From IMG/VR virus record IMGVR_UViG_3300023174_000101, positions 1-64,000 of that record: a stretch of 64,000 nucleotides of DNA. The stretch is one strand, 5' to 3'. The position numbers were made by a program, and so were the translations under genes. Positions 37,813 to 48,421 of the stretch are shown piece after piece. The DNA comes from a virus. The stretch's first letter is position 1. Every line of letters begins with the position of its first letter. The notes beneath the pieces were generated by a model. It saw only the letters and a program-made list of their open reading frames with translations. It had not been told where the DNA came from and searched no databases.

Positions 37813-40770
37813 TCACGCCAACACCCTCGCCCAGTGGCGCAGCAGCGCTTGTGCCTGCTTCACCACTTCACTGCGCGTCTTGCCGCGCACCAGCGGAAAC
37901 AGCCCCGGCACCGGCTCCCAGCGTGCCCCAGAGAGATACGCACGGTATTGCTCAAGGTGCGCCTCGTACTCGGAGGCGGGTTCGCTTGCCGCGCCGTCGA
38001 AAGCGACGGGCTGCACTTCGTGGACTTGAACGCGCAACCACCGTTCCGTGCTCACTTGTCCCTCTCCGTCACCAGCGGCGTGGCGCGGACGGTATCCGCG
38101 TAAGTGCTTGGAGCGTGCCGGTACATATGCGCCGCGCACGCCTCACGCTGTTTCTCCGCCGCGTCCTTGGCCATTGCCCGCCCATATCCTTCACGCAAGC
38201 ACTTTTGGCATGTAGCCTGGGGCACGCATCGCTTTGGAGCGCGGGAGCAATCATATCCCCAATCGATGATGCTCTGCCATGCCTTCAATAGCTCATTCTC
38301 CTCCTTGAGCTTCTTGTTCTCTTCCTCAAGCAGCCTGTGTAGCTCGAACTTGGCAACACGTTCCTCGTACCGCTTGTTCTCCTGCTCAAATACGGCCTGA
38401 GCCCGTGCCTCCATAATTTCCTTAGGTGGGCGTTCCGGCACGGGCTCGTCATTCAGCTTATGGTACATACATAGGCTACTATCCGAGCATCCGCATTCAT
38501 CTGTCCAAGGCGTAGTATGAACACTTGGAAAGAACGGTGCACGCCTGGTCATGCCGCATACTGGACATTCAGCGCTTTTCATTCTTGTCTCCAGGCTCTG
38601 CGAACACCTTAGGGATGTCGTATACGTGCTTGCCACCGGAGAAGCTAGCTTTCCAGCACAGGCCGTGTAGCACCAAATTCTTCTCTATAGCCGCAATTAC
38701 GTCCTCGTTGCCGCTCCAGCCGCCAGTGATGAAGGTATACTTGCGCCCGTATCTGCGTGCCATACCTGGGTATAACCACAAACTGCGTGCATACTCAAGT
38801 GCGCCACGAAGGTCTGAACTGTTCCAAGTTGCAAGCTTACGGAGTTCTGCCCTGGAGGGATATTGGCTTAGTGTCACGTTCATTTCTTCTTCCCTGTCAT
38901 GGTGTCTACAATTTCAACTAGACGCTCAAATGTACTACCAGATGCAGCACTTTCCCTGTGGCTTTGGATGAATTCAACTAGGATTTCTAGTTTATCCGCG
39001 TCTGATTGCATCCACGCCATTTCTTGTGCAAAATTCATGCCCATGCCGCCTGTGTCTTCATGCGGGTTAATGCCGCGCTCGCACAGTGAGCGATCCCACG
39101 AATTCCGCATCTGCTCAGGCTTTGCCCCAAGTATAATGGCTAGGTTCCGGTAGTAGCAGACTGCATCCACCCGCATCTGGTCGAGGTCTAGTCTGGACTC
39201 GAGCCGTTTGAATTCGTCCCTGAGTCTCTGATTCTCTACACGCAACTCCTTGCACCTGAGGCGTAGCCCGTGCTCACTAAGCTCGTCGTCGTCGTACGGG
39301 GCAATCTCACTCATTCTTCACCCTTCTTAATGGCGGCATCGATACGGCGCAGGAGCAGAATAAGTCCATCGGTCTCGGAGTCTACATTTGGATGGAGCGT
39401 TAGTGCGTCCAATGTGGACAGCTCTGTGTGCGCCTCCTTAAGTAGGACACGGAGCTGTTTTATCTCCGACCCAAGACCGCCAACCCTCTCCTGCTCCTTG
39501 TAGATTTTCTTCACTGTGCGTCGGAGGTCATTACGTACGCGGCAGCACACACACCTTTGCCACTCAGGTGGACAATCGCAGTCGCTATCTTCAATCAGTG
39601 TCTCGATTGCGCCCTCAATGTCGGCCTCAATCTCCTGGAGCGGCGTCTTGTCACTCATCGTCGGAGCTCTCGTATTGGCTGACTTCGACCTCATTCAACG
39701 GCGCATGGAGTACGTTGCCCTCCGTTAGCGCATCGAAGAATTCCCACTCAACGTCACCCGCATCAGGGCCGTCGTCATTTATACGCTCCCATGCAAGGTG
39801 GCGAGCCTCACTTTCAGACTTTGCCTTGACTTGGATGTGGATCGCACCGGCAATTGGAACAGACACTACGTACGTGTGCTTTTTCATGGCCTATCCTTAT
39901 TTGGTCGGCGTACAATAACAACGCTTGCATCCATGACCAGCGGAGAAGAACGCTGCATTTGGTATCCACACGCGGTTTTTAGTCCTAGCAGGATTCGACG
40001 TAAACTTTAGTCCGCAAATCGTACGGCGCGTTATAGGGTTTAATAAATGATTCGTAGTAAACCCAGTATTTACGCAGGTAAGGAGCGATTTTATGTTCAT
40101 GGCTGGTCCTTGTCCTCTTCGTATCTCTCTAGGCAATCGGTGAACTTCATGTCCTGATGCTGCGGACAGTGGGAGTCATCCTCATATGGGGGTGTGTGCA
40201 GGAATGCGCTGATACGCTTACGCAGCGCATCTACAGCATCGATTACGTAGAACCCACCACGGGTGGGAGGAGGATACCAAGCCTTTAGCGCCCCAACATG
40301 GTCGGTCTCGTCGCGTATGGTGTCAAGCATCCGGTACGATTCGTTCAGTAGTGTTGTTGCCTGGCGCACTTGGGCCTTTGCGTGGAGGAAGTCTGCATAG
40401 TCTAGGCCGTCAAGCAGGCCGTCCTCAGAGTACGCCTTAATGTTCTGGAGCGCGGCCTGCGTGGCCTCAAGCTGGGACTTTAGTGCACGGTTCTCCTTCT
40501 GCACGTCCTCAAGCTTGTCCTGCAGGCGGCGGCGCTCTTCCTGCGAATACATCAGTGCATCTCGACTACCTTTCTCTTCGGTCGTCATGCGCCCTCCTCT
40601 GGGGCCTCGACCACCTTCTGCAGGAACACGATCTGCCGCACACAGTCAGCCACCGCCATGACCATGGCGACCATGCCTTCCTGCGTCTTGTCCGATGGGT
40701 TGAATTCGAACGTGATGGTTACGCGCTCGCTCGTGTCTGTCTTACGGTCACTCTCAAGTAGAACTCTCAT
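37813..40770 (-). other. Chain of small hypothetical ORFs (37813-38055, 38052-38582, 38569-38883, 38880-39314, 39311-39658, 39651-39887, 39897-40100, 40097-40588, 40585-40770)
   Basis: Consecutive overlapping start/stop codons on the - strand, typical accessory/early region. Confidence 0.6.
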
Positions 40771-43475
40771 ACCTTTAACCCCTTTGCAAGGCCCATTAAC
40801 TGCTCTGGTGTGATGCACTCCGTCCAACGTAGGCTGGTCGTACGGCTGGTGTCCAGGTCCAAGTCGAACTTAATATCGGACGTACCGCCACGGCGCTTAT
40901 CCAGGAATGCGATACGGTTGCCCTTGTCCTTGGCCTCGGCCATCTGGTCGGGCGTCTTCTCTTGGAGCAATAGTACATCGTCTGCGTCCTGTGCAATCTG
41001 GTACGAGCCGCCGATGTTCTCAATCTTGCCGGTCTCGCCCGCCACGTAGTTAGACCGGTTCTGCTGGGCGATACACACGGAGCATATGCCCATGCCCTCT
41101 GCGATCTGGTTCTTCATCACCTTGGATGCGCGGCCAATTACCTGCTCACGTGAAGCGCCTTTATCCTCAGGTCCCGGTGATACCAACTGGATATAGTCCA
41201 CAAATACGGCCTGAATCCCGTACTTGAAGTGGTATTCGTCTACGATTGCGAAGATTTCGTCAATGGAGCCAATCTTCGGCTTCTTGATGTAGAACTGCGA
41301 CGATGCGATGCGTTCCATCGCGAGCTTTACCTTCAAGTACTGCTCGTCGTTGAGTAGACCTGCCTGTAGCTTCGTGTTGTCGATGCCCGACAGCATCGAA
41401 ATCTGGCGGAACGAGGTCTCAATCTCGTTCATTTCGAGGGGAATCCAGAGCGTGGGAATCTGGTCCTGGGGCTGTGGGGAGATAGAAATCGCCGTCGCCA
41501 TTTGCAGTGCTAGCAGGGACTTACCTACGCCTGAATACGCGGAGATTACGACTTGGTGCCCCTTCTGCAGTCCGGACAGGCCCAGGGTTAGTCCAGTCAG
41601 ACACACATTCATCTGGCCGTCCACGTCCCGGAGGGTGGAGAAGTCGAACCCCACGACCGCGCTCTTGCGGGCCATACGCTCCTCAAGGTCCACGCGTACG
41701 CAGTCCATGAGGGAGATTGGATTGCTCTTGTCGTCGCGGCGTATCTCCATGCTGGAGACCATTTCACGCCGATACTTGGACAGGATGTCGTTCGTGGGCT
41801 TCTTGAGGTCGCCAAGTGTGGCCTGCAGTACACGGGACTGGTCAATGCCCATGCGCCGCCTGTAGAGGTCTACGATGCGGTGCAGTGCGTCTTGGAACTG
41901 ATACTTGGCCTCCGCCACAAGCAGCATGTCGATGTACTTGTGGAGGTCTGGGAACTGAGGGTATGCAATCTTTAGCTGGTCGCGTACCACCTGTACGGTG
42001 ACCGAATCAGCTAGCCCGTCTTCGCGTGCCCTGCGGTGCACATGCTCAATCGCATTATATACGTACTGATGCCCACCTACCGTGAACACTTTATTGTCGG
42101 TGATGGACTGCCGAATGGTAGACCAGGACTTTTGGTTCAGCAGTGCGTGCTGGAGTACTACCTGCTCCGCGTCCCGGTTCATCAGGCCCGTGTCGCCAAG
42201 TTTAGTCTCCACCACGTACGACTTGATGCTGAGTGGCTCTACCCCGATTGCGCGGGACAAGTACTCGGCAGTCAGGTCCAGCTGTACGTCCGGGAGCCGA
42301 ATTAGGTGCTCCTTGAGGTCCTTGACCAGGGAGAACTTATTCTCCGTAGTAAGATTGCCGTGCGCGTCCCGGCGCATGTCCACATAGAACTGGACTGGGA
42401 GTACAGCCGTGGCAAAGATGGTGTCTAGTGCCTCCTTGCCGAACTCGCGCACGATACCATCGGGCTGCTTTCCCTCGGGCATCTTTGTGATGAGCACATT
42501 GATGTCATGGAACTCATTGATGTAATCCATGAGTCGCACGGAGGCTGCGCGGCCAGCATTGTCGCCGTCGAATGCGACACGCACTTCCTTGACACCGTAC
42601 TCACGCAGGAGCTGAATCTGCTCCTCGTGAATCTGCGTACCCATGACCGCCACGCCGCCAGAGGCAATCGCCGCCTTCTGGCCTTCGCAGATACGCATAA
42701 CGTACCCGTTCTTACGGAGGTCCTTGCGGGCAACGTTGAATCCGAACAGGAGCTTGTGGCTGAACAGTGGGTGGCGGTTGCTCGTGCCCACATACTTGCC
42801 GCCGAAATCGGGTGGTGGATTCAGCGGCTTATTGTAGAAGCGTGCCACCCGTCCGTTCTGGTCACGGATTGGGTAGACTAGGGCGTCGCTCCACGCGAGC
42901 CGGTTGGTAAACTCGAGCTTGTCGATATCATCCTGGCTGATGCCGGGGAACTTGGCATGCAGGTGCTGGATTATCTGGTCCGTGGAGATGCAGTACCCAA
43001 CATCGTACGTCACAATCTGGTCAATGTCGAATCCAGTATCCTGGATGTACCACTCGAGCATCTGCTTGTTCGCGAACAGGGCGTTGGTGCAGTACTTCGC
43101 CGCCTCTTCGCAGATGTCTTGATATCTGGCCCGCTCAATCTCCTCCGCTGTTGGCGGGCGGTGATATGCACTGATATCGATGTGATACGTGGCCGCGAGG
43201 CGATTAATAGCCTCGGTTACGGTGATACTATGGAAGTTCTGTGCCCAAGCTACTACATCGCCACCCGCCTGGCACCCGAAGCACTTGTAGAACTGTAACT
43301 GGGTGTGAACACCGAATGACGCGCCCTTAGACTCCGAGTGAAACGGGCAGAACCAGAACTTGTCGTTTCCCGTTTCCTTAGCCGGTGCACCAAGGTCATC
43401 CGATACGACTTGGATAATATTCAGCCTTTTACGTAGCTCTGTCCGTGCTGACTTTACGTCAGTGATATACATCAT
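40767..43475 (-). CDS. DnaG primase - DnaB helicase fusion
   Basis: CHC2 zinc finger CPFH...CFGC, TOPRIM CEG and FDGDNAG, DnaB N-domain AEQVVL, Walker A AYSGVGKS, VDYIQL, QQNR, QDAD. Confidence 0.92.
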   Translation of the reverse strand: MMYITDVKSARTELRKRLNIIQVVSDDLGAPAKETGNDKFWFCPFHSESKGASFGVHTQLQFYKCFGCQAGGDVVAWAQNFHSITVTEAINRLAATYHIDISAYHRPPTAEEIERARYQDICEEAAKYCTNALFANKQMLEWYIQDTGFDIDQIVTYDVGYCISTDQIIQHLHAKFPGISQDDIDKLEFTNRLAWSDALVYPIRDQNGRVARFYNKPLNPPPDFGGKYVGTSNRHPLFSHKLLFGFNVARKDLRKNGYVMRICEGQKAAIASGGVAVMGTQIHEEQIQLLREYGVKEVRVAFDGDNAGRAASVRLMDYINEFHDINVLITKMPEGKQPDGIVREFGKEALDTIFATAVLPVQFYVDMRRDAHGNLTTENKFSLVKDLKEHLIRLPDVQLDLTAEYLSRAIGVEPLSIKSYVVETKLGDTGLMNRDAEQVVLQHALLNQKSWSTIRQSITDNKVFTVGGHQYVYNAIEHVHRRAREDGLADSVTVQVVRDQLKIAYPQFPDLHKYIDMLLVAEAKYQFQDALHRIVDLYRRRMGIDQSRVLQATLGDLKKPTNDILSKYRREMVSSMEIRRDDKSNPISLMDCVRVDLEERMARKSAVVGFDFSTLRDVDGQMNVCLTGLTLGLSGLQKGHQVVISAYSGVGKSLLALQMATAISISPQPQDQIPTLWIPLEMNEIETSFRQISMLSGIDNTKLQAGLLNDEQYLKVKLAMERIASSQFYIKKPKIGSIDEIFAIVDEYHFKYGIQAVFVDYIQLVSPGPEDKGASREQVIGRASKVMKNQIAEGMGICSVCIAQQNRSNYVAGETGKIENIGGSYQIAQDADDVLLLQEKTPDQMAEAKDKGNRIAFLDKRRGGTSDIKFDLDLDTSRTTSLRWTECITPEQLMGLAKGLKV

Positions 43476-43517
43476 TTGGTGTTATATCCTTTCGGATACT
43501 TGTTATAGTGTTGGCGT

Positions 43518-44309
43518 TTATTCGATTGAGAACTCGCGGCTAAGCTGTGCAAACTGCCGCTCGCGTTCCCACTTCTCTTTGGTGTCCGCATCGAACTGAT
43601 GAGGCTTCTTTTCCACGGACTCTGCAGCAAGTGCTCCTAGGGTGGCGAGCTTGTCCACATTCAGTCTGTCCGTGATTGAATTCCTATACTGCATGATTTC
43701 GTCCCTCGAAGCTACACTGCGGACGATTGCGTACAGGTACGGGACGCTACGCTTTTCCGGGTCTAGTACTTGAGCGGCCTCACGCCTGATCGCATCGTGT
43801 TTGGCGGACCTGCCCATTTCAGCGATTTTATTTAGGTCGTAAATCGAAAAGTCATTAGACAGGTAATTATCTACGAGCCAGTTATATACATCCTGCACTT
43901 GCAAGATGTCGGCATTGCGGTTACGCCTAGGTATTGGATTTTCATGGACCCACTGGCCATCGAGCAGCCTGTCCATCCACATAATGGACAGGACTTCGTG
44001 CTTAGTCTTTGGCTTGAGCCCTGGCTTACCCTTTACCCCTGGGACACCGCATACGATTTTCATGAACTCCACAGTGTCGTATGCCTGCTCCGCAGCCTCG
44101 TACTTTACTTGCGTGAATCCGGCAGTGAACTCTGTCATCAGCTGCTTCGGGCTCGTGCCGAACAGCGGCGTAAACTTCGTGGACCACTCGAGCATGCGCG
44201 ACAGCGTGTCACGTGCGCCGTTTGACATGGGGCGCTTGAACGTGCCCTGGTCTGGCGCAGACATGACCATGGTTAGTGCTTGGCCAGAAAATAATTTGGT
44301 TTGGTTCAC
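43518..44309 (-). CDS. Hypothetical protein in replication cluster
   Basis: GTG start overlapping upstream stop; ~263 aa. Confidence 0.6.
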   Translation of the reverse strand: MNQTKLFSGQALTMVMSAPDQGTFKRPMSNGARDTLSRMLEWSTKFTPLFGTSPKQLMTEFTAGFTQVKYEAAEQAYDTVEFMKIVCGVPGVKGKPGLKPKTKHEVLSIMWMDRLLDGQWVHENPIPRRNRNADILQVQDVYNWLVDNYLSNDFSIYDLNKIAEMGRSAKHDAIRREAAQVLDPEKRSVPYLYAIVRSVASRDEIMQYRNSITDRLNVDKLATLGALAAESVEKKPHQFDADTKEKWERERQFAQLSREFSIE

Positions 44310-44845
44310 TTTATCTCTACGTCGTAGCTTGGGTAGTAAGGTTCGTCTAGTACCCTGACCTTCTGTATCTTTCGAAGATCGAATGAATTGACTCGTCCGC
44401 AGATTGAGCATTTGCCGTAAAACATTTCCTTCATGCCTAGGACAACACGTCTCTTGCCATCCATAGTAAAATCTTCCATCATTTTGTAACTGTATGCGTC
44501 TACTTTTCTAGGAATGCCATTATACTGTAGTTCCAACCTAAGTAAATTGCGGGCCGCATATCCTATTACTTGTTTCTTCTTCTCATTATTTTGAGAGTCT
44601 GACGTCTCCCTAAGTGGGCCGTCCGTGTCTTGCTGCTCTTGCTCTCTCGGTTCTGCGTCCTGCCTCTGCATTAGTGTCGGCTGGTCCGACACTGGAGCCT
44701 GAGTCGTTGGGGATGGAGGTAGGAATGGCTGTTGCTGTACGGTTGGGACTGTACGCTCCATGTTCTGAAGTTGTTGGCGTATGCGCTTATTCTCCTGTGC
44801 TGGAGCGTATACGTTCCTCATTATGTCCCAGAAATTCTTAGGCAT
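44306..44845 (-). CDS. WYL-domain-like protein with low-complexity N-terminus
   Basis: LELQYNGIPRKVDAYSY...FYGKC...SFDLRKIQKVRVLDE follows the WYL pattern. Confidence 0.6.
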   Translation of the reverse strand: MPKNFWDIMRNVYAPAQENKRIRQQLQNMERTVPTVQQQPFLPPSPTTQAPVSDQPTLMQRQDAEPREQEQQDTDGPLRETSDSQNNEKKKQVIGYAARNLLRLELQYNGIPRKVDAYSYKMMEDFTMDGKRRVVLGMKEMFYGKCSICGRVNSFDLRKIQKVRVLDEPYYPSYDVEIK

Positions 44846-44920
44846 CGCAACTCCCCACAATACGCCGCCGCCAGTGGTGCAATACGCATGCCACACTGGC
44901 GGCGGTACACTGCTTAAATA

Positions 44921-45202
44921 CTAAATACTGGCTACGCTCTTGGCAGCATTGCGAAGGTACTCGTTGCCAGCAAGTTCAATGGCGTCGTCATGCGCCTGAC
45001 GCTCTGCCGTCTTGACGGCCTCAAGTGCGGCGAGCATCTTCTTCTTATTCTCCTTGATAACCTCGTTGGTTGAGGCCACATACTCCTTCTTCTGGTCATC
45101 CAGGTCTACGTTCTGCTTCACAATGTCCACGATGACCTTGCGGAGCTGCTCCTGGGTTAGCTTTCCGAATCCATACGGGTCTTGGTTTGCAGGGTTATTC
45201 AT
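44921..45202 (-). CDS. Small coiled-coil hypothetical protein
   Basis: 93 aa with AGGAG RBS. Confidence 0.65.
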   Translation of the reverse strand: MNNPANQDPYGFGKLTQEQLRKVIVDIVKQNVDLDDQKKEYVASTNEVIKENKKKMLAALEAVKTAERQAHDDAIELAGNEYLRNAAKSVASI

Positions 45203-45210
45203 ATTGTCTC

Positions 45211-46680
45211 CTATCCTAATACTAAGTGTCCGTCGTTGTCGTACTGGCTTTTACGTGAATCGAAGTGCTTAGATAAAAATTGGGTGTTGGTGTGAAAATC
45301 GATCAATAGTCCGTACTCCTTGGTCGCATTTGGGGATTTATCTGCACGCTCTACCCGTCCTTTGAGCTGCCGGATATCCTGCAAGTCTGATGCCAACATG
45401 ATTGCATTTAGGGATGGTATATCCAGCCCAGTGCCACCTACATCGCTCACCAGTACTAGTAGATCCTTCCTCCGCATCGCATCGTAGATTTCTCTTCGTC
45501 GGAGGCGAGGAGTCTTACCATTAACCAGCATTGAACCTGGAATGCGCTGCTGAATGGATTCACCGAATTCAATAGAGTGAGCAGCGTGAATGAACACAGA
45601 ATTACCTGTTGATGCCATTTTAGATGCGTAAGCAGCAACTTCCTCATGATACTGGTCATTCTTGAGGATTTCATTCTCTAAGCACTCTCTGTAATTGGCC
45701 GTATAATCGGGCTCAGTCTTGCCACCCTTGAAGCGGTTCTTCTTGAAGTGGATGTTATAATCCTTCTTAACCGGCGCGCGATTCTGGACCTGGACGTAAA
45801 TGGGCACTTTAAGGCCAAGCTCTACGAAGTTATTCTTCCGCGTGTCGAATACGACCGTACCAAAGTGCTGCTCAAGCTCCAGGTTCTCACGCTTCTCACG
45901 GTCCCCATCCCATCCGTACGGGGTGGCAGAGAAGCCTATGAACCTATCCGCGTTAGGGAATAGGTCCATAATGTTGAGGATGGAAGCCGTGTCGCTCAGG
46001 TGGACTTCATCCGAGATTACGGCACCCACCTTGTTTGTGAATGCAATCAGGTCCTTGCGCTTGTCTGCAGCCGCAATTGACTTTGCTTTCTTGATTGTGT
46101 TGAGTGACTGGACGGTTGATACGGTGATGTTTTGTATGTCGAATTCCCCGTCCCCTATTATCCCGATGGGTTGATTATATGCGCGTTGTAAAGACTGCTG
46201 CATCTGGTCAAGCAGTACCACGTCCGTAACGAGAACGATGGTGTACCGCTTGAGATTATTCAGCAACATCGCAATCTGCACGCTCTTACCGGTGCCCGTG
46301 GGGGACACAATAATCCCACTGGACGTCTCAGTTGCGGCCTCCACCGCCTTGCTCTGGAACTCGTACGGGCGGAAGATGTCCTTATGTATGTAGTGGTCCA
46401 CACGGGGTGGCTCGCGCCCTGTGTATTTGGTGGTTACGTTATGACCAGCGTCTTTAAGAGCAGCGACCACACGGCTCAGAAGGCCACGCCTGAACGTGTT
46501 GTCCTTTATGTTGAATAGGTAATTATATCCATCCCACGTGCCGCTCTTGAAGCTGTACACATGCCTGTATCCATCCGGCCTATAGCGCAGGATGGAACAC
46601 AGATACCTAAGTATGTCGTCAGGAAGGACAGAGGGCTCAATACGTGCAACTAGATTGTCGTACTCTATGCTTAGGTTCAT
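45211..46680 (-). CDS. SF2 DNA helicase (UvsW-like); start re-assigned to MNLSIEY
   Basis: RPYEFQ Q-motif, SPTGTGKS, DEVH, FSATP, GLDIPSL, QLKGRVER. Confidence 0.9.
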   Translation of the reverse strand: MNLSIEYDNLVARIEPSVLPDDILRYLCSILRYRPDGYRHVYSFKSGTWDGYNYLFNIKDNTFRRGLLSRVVAALKDAGHNVTTKYTGREPPRVDHYIHKDIFRPYEFQSKAVEAATETSSGIIVSPTGTGKSVQIAMLLNNLKRYTIVLVTDVVLLDQMQQSLQRAYNQPIGIIGDGEFDIQNITVSTVQSLNTIKKAKSIAAADKRKDLIAFTNKVGAVISDEVHLSDTASILNIMDLFPNADRFIGFSATPYGWDGDREKRENLELEQHFGTVVFDTRKNNFVELGLKVPIYVQVQNRAPVKKDYNIHFKKNRFKGGKTEPDYTANYRECLENEILKNDQYHEEVAAYASKMASTGNSVFIHAAHSIEFGESIQQRIPGSMLVNGKTPRLRRREIYDAMRRKDLLVLVSDVGGTGLDIPSLNAIMLASDLQDIRQLKGRVERADKSPNATKEYGLLIDFHTNTQFLSKHFDSRKSQYDNDGHLVLG

Positions 46681-47126
46681 GTGCCGTAGCGGTACATCTT
46701 GTCCAAGCTGTTCGCGCCAGTGATTAGGCGGCTTGCCGACTCGCGCTGAGACTCTAGGGTCTGAATTGCACGATACAGGCAGTCCATATGCGAATTCAGC
46801 ACCGCAAGTGCGTCCTCCGCTGCCTCCTTGGTATCCGGGTTCTTCTTCGCCTTTGTCCACCCAGGCTTGGCCCCGGCGCACTGAACATACAGCTCCGTGG
46901 CAAAGGAGATGCGGTTGGCGATTGCGGGCAGAATAGGCAGGATTTCGCCCTGCAGATTGAGCGTGTGGTTCGGCCCTGGGATTGGGAGACGCAGATTGAG
47001 CAGGCGTGTGGCTACCCACTTTGCCAGGTCTGCGGGGTCAGTCGCGAGGATGTTGGTGATGTTTACGTCGGGTATGCTTGCACCGTAGCTTGGCTGGTGA
47101 ATACCACTTACTGTATCAATGTCCAT
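46677..47126 (-). CDS. Hypothetical helical protein (possible recombination mediator)
   Basis: Between RuvC and the helicase with overlapping ends. Confidence 0.55.
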   Translation of the reverse strand: MDIDTVSGIHQPSYGASIPDVNITNILATDPADLAKWVATRLLNLRLPIPGPNHTLNLQGEILPILPAIANRISFATELYVQCAGAKPGWTKAKKNPDTKEAAEDALAVLNSHMDCLYRAIQTLESQRESASRLITGANSLDKMYRYGT

Positions 47127-47721
47127 CGCAGATTGCCACTCCTCTGGTGTATGCGAGCGCCATGCAGATTGCGTCTGCGATGTCGTCGTCTTTGGGTCTG
47201 AGTTCAAGGTTGAATTCTGCATTTGCCACCCTTATCGCTACGTGTTTCTTCGTGATTTTGCCGCGAATCCCAAGTTCCTTCTTGTCCAACGCTACGCCAT
47301 TCTTCTTGGCCTTAGTCTTCGCCTTCGACAACAGGGTGTTCTGCTTCTTCTCGTCCACATTCAGTTGTGCACCTACCATCCTGCGCCAGTCGGATGTATT
47401 TACATACTTCACACGGTCCATGTACTTATCCTGCGCCAGTAAGGTTAGGATAGACAGATGCATGAACTCCAGGGCCTTCTGTGTGTATCTATTCTTGCCC
47501 TTGTTCGTCTCCTCAATTACAACTACATCCGGGTCTGTCGCCAGTACCTTTTTATACATGGCCTGTGCCATGTATTCCGCCATCTTGGTGTAGCTGTACG
47601 GATACGTGCCGTATTCGTCTATCTTCTTCTTGGATTTAATCGTACCGGCACAAACGAGTACGCCGTCACGAAGGACGGCGTACCCTGCGCTAGTAGAGAT
47701 ATCAAGCGCTAGAACGACCAC
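47116..47721 (-). CDS. RuvC-like Holliday junction resolvase
   Basis: LALDIS, VVIEE, WRRMVG, DDIADAI acidic tetrad. Confidence 0.85.
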   Translation of the reverse strand: MVVLALDISTSAGYAVLRDGVLVCAGTIKSKKKIDEYGTYPYSYTKMAEYMAQAMYKKVLATDPDVVVIEETNKGKNRYTQKALEFMHLSILTLLAQDKYMDRVKYVNTSDWRRMVGAQLNVDEKKQNTLLSKAKTKAKKNGVALDKKELGIRGKITKKHVAIRVANAEFNLELRPKDDDIADAICMALAYTRGVAICDGH

Positions 47722-48315
47722 TTACGGCCACCGGTTGTCCGAATGCTGCATCATCCAGGTGCCGCCACGAGTCTCCCCGTGAGGCACAGGCTTGTTGCAC
47801 ACATCCTTAAACACTGGCTGGTCGGTCTGCCACGTAGAATCTACGCCCACATAGATGGAATTATCTGCGGGGTCTTGAACTACGCAGTACAGCTTGGAAA
47901 CGGAAACATGGCGATAGCCCTCGTGTCCGTCCACGGTGGTACGCCAACTCCAGGTGCCACGCTGGGACTCGTGCAGGTATGGGCGTGAGCTTACTTTTAC
48001 GTAAACTACGTCCTTAATATTGCCCTTGTACGCAGCGCCCTGCTCGATTACGTTCCACTTAGCCGGGGCCTCTACCCTCTGCTCTGGCTCCTCGTCGGTG
48101 GAACGCACACGGCGCTCGGCTTCTCGCACCATGTCATTCGCCAAATCAAGTAGTCGCTTCCCTGCCTTGATGTATTCCGCCTTCTGCTCCTCGTTTAGCC
48201 TCTGCTTGCCCTTCACCATCACGAGGGTGTCCATCATGTCCGTGGTCGCGTAATTCATCACGGCACGGACCTTCTGCTCAAGTACGAACTTCGCCTGCTC
48301 TTTGCCGCTATCCAT
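47722..48315 (-). CDS. Hypothetical protein
   Basis: 197 aa with AAGGAG RBS. Confidence 0.65.
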   Translation of the reverse strand: MDSGKEQAKFVLEQKVRAVMNYATTDMMDTLVMVKGKQRLNEEQKAEYIKAGKRLLDLANDMVREAERRVRSTDEEPEQRVEAPAKWNVIEQGAAYKGNIKDVVYVKVSSRPYLHESQRGTWSWRTTVDGHEGYRHVSVSKLYCVVQDPADNSIYVGVDSTWQTDQPVFKDVCNKPVPHGETRGGTWMMQHSDNRWP

Positions 48316-48359
48316 TTGTGCTACTCCTTTGTGGTTAGTGTACTACTTGGGTACTGCAT

Positions 48360-48415
48360 TGGCGCCTAGGGAGTCGAACCCTAGCTAACGGTACAAATAC
48401 AGCCCGCCACGCCCA
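48360..48415 (-). other. tRNA-like fragment (T-arm + partial acceptor)
   Basis: - strand CTAGGG-TTCGACT-CCCTAG-GCGCCA; no convincing D or anticodon arm. Confidence 0.4.
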
Positions 48416-48421
48416 CCTACT

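Noticed and set aside
44921-45202. Possible GapR/DsbA-like dsDNA-binding protein
   Set aside because: Resemblance is limited to generic coiled-coil pattern
46681-47019. N-terminal extension of the 602-aa helicase ORF
   Set aside because: Overlaps the upstream gene; the ATGA overlap at 46677-46680 marks the likely start
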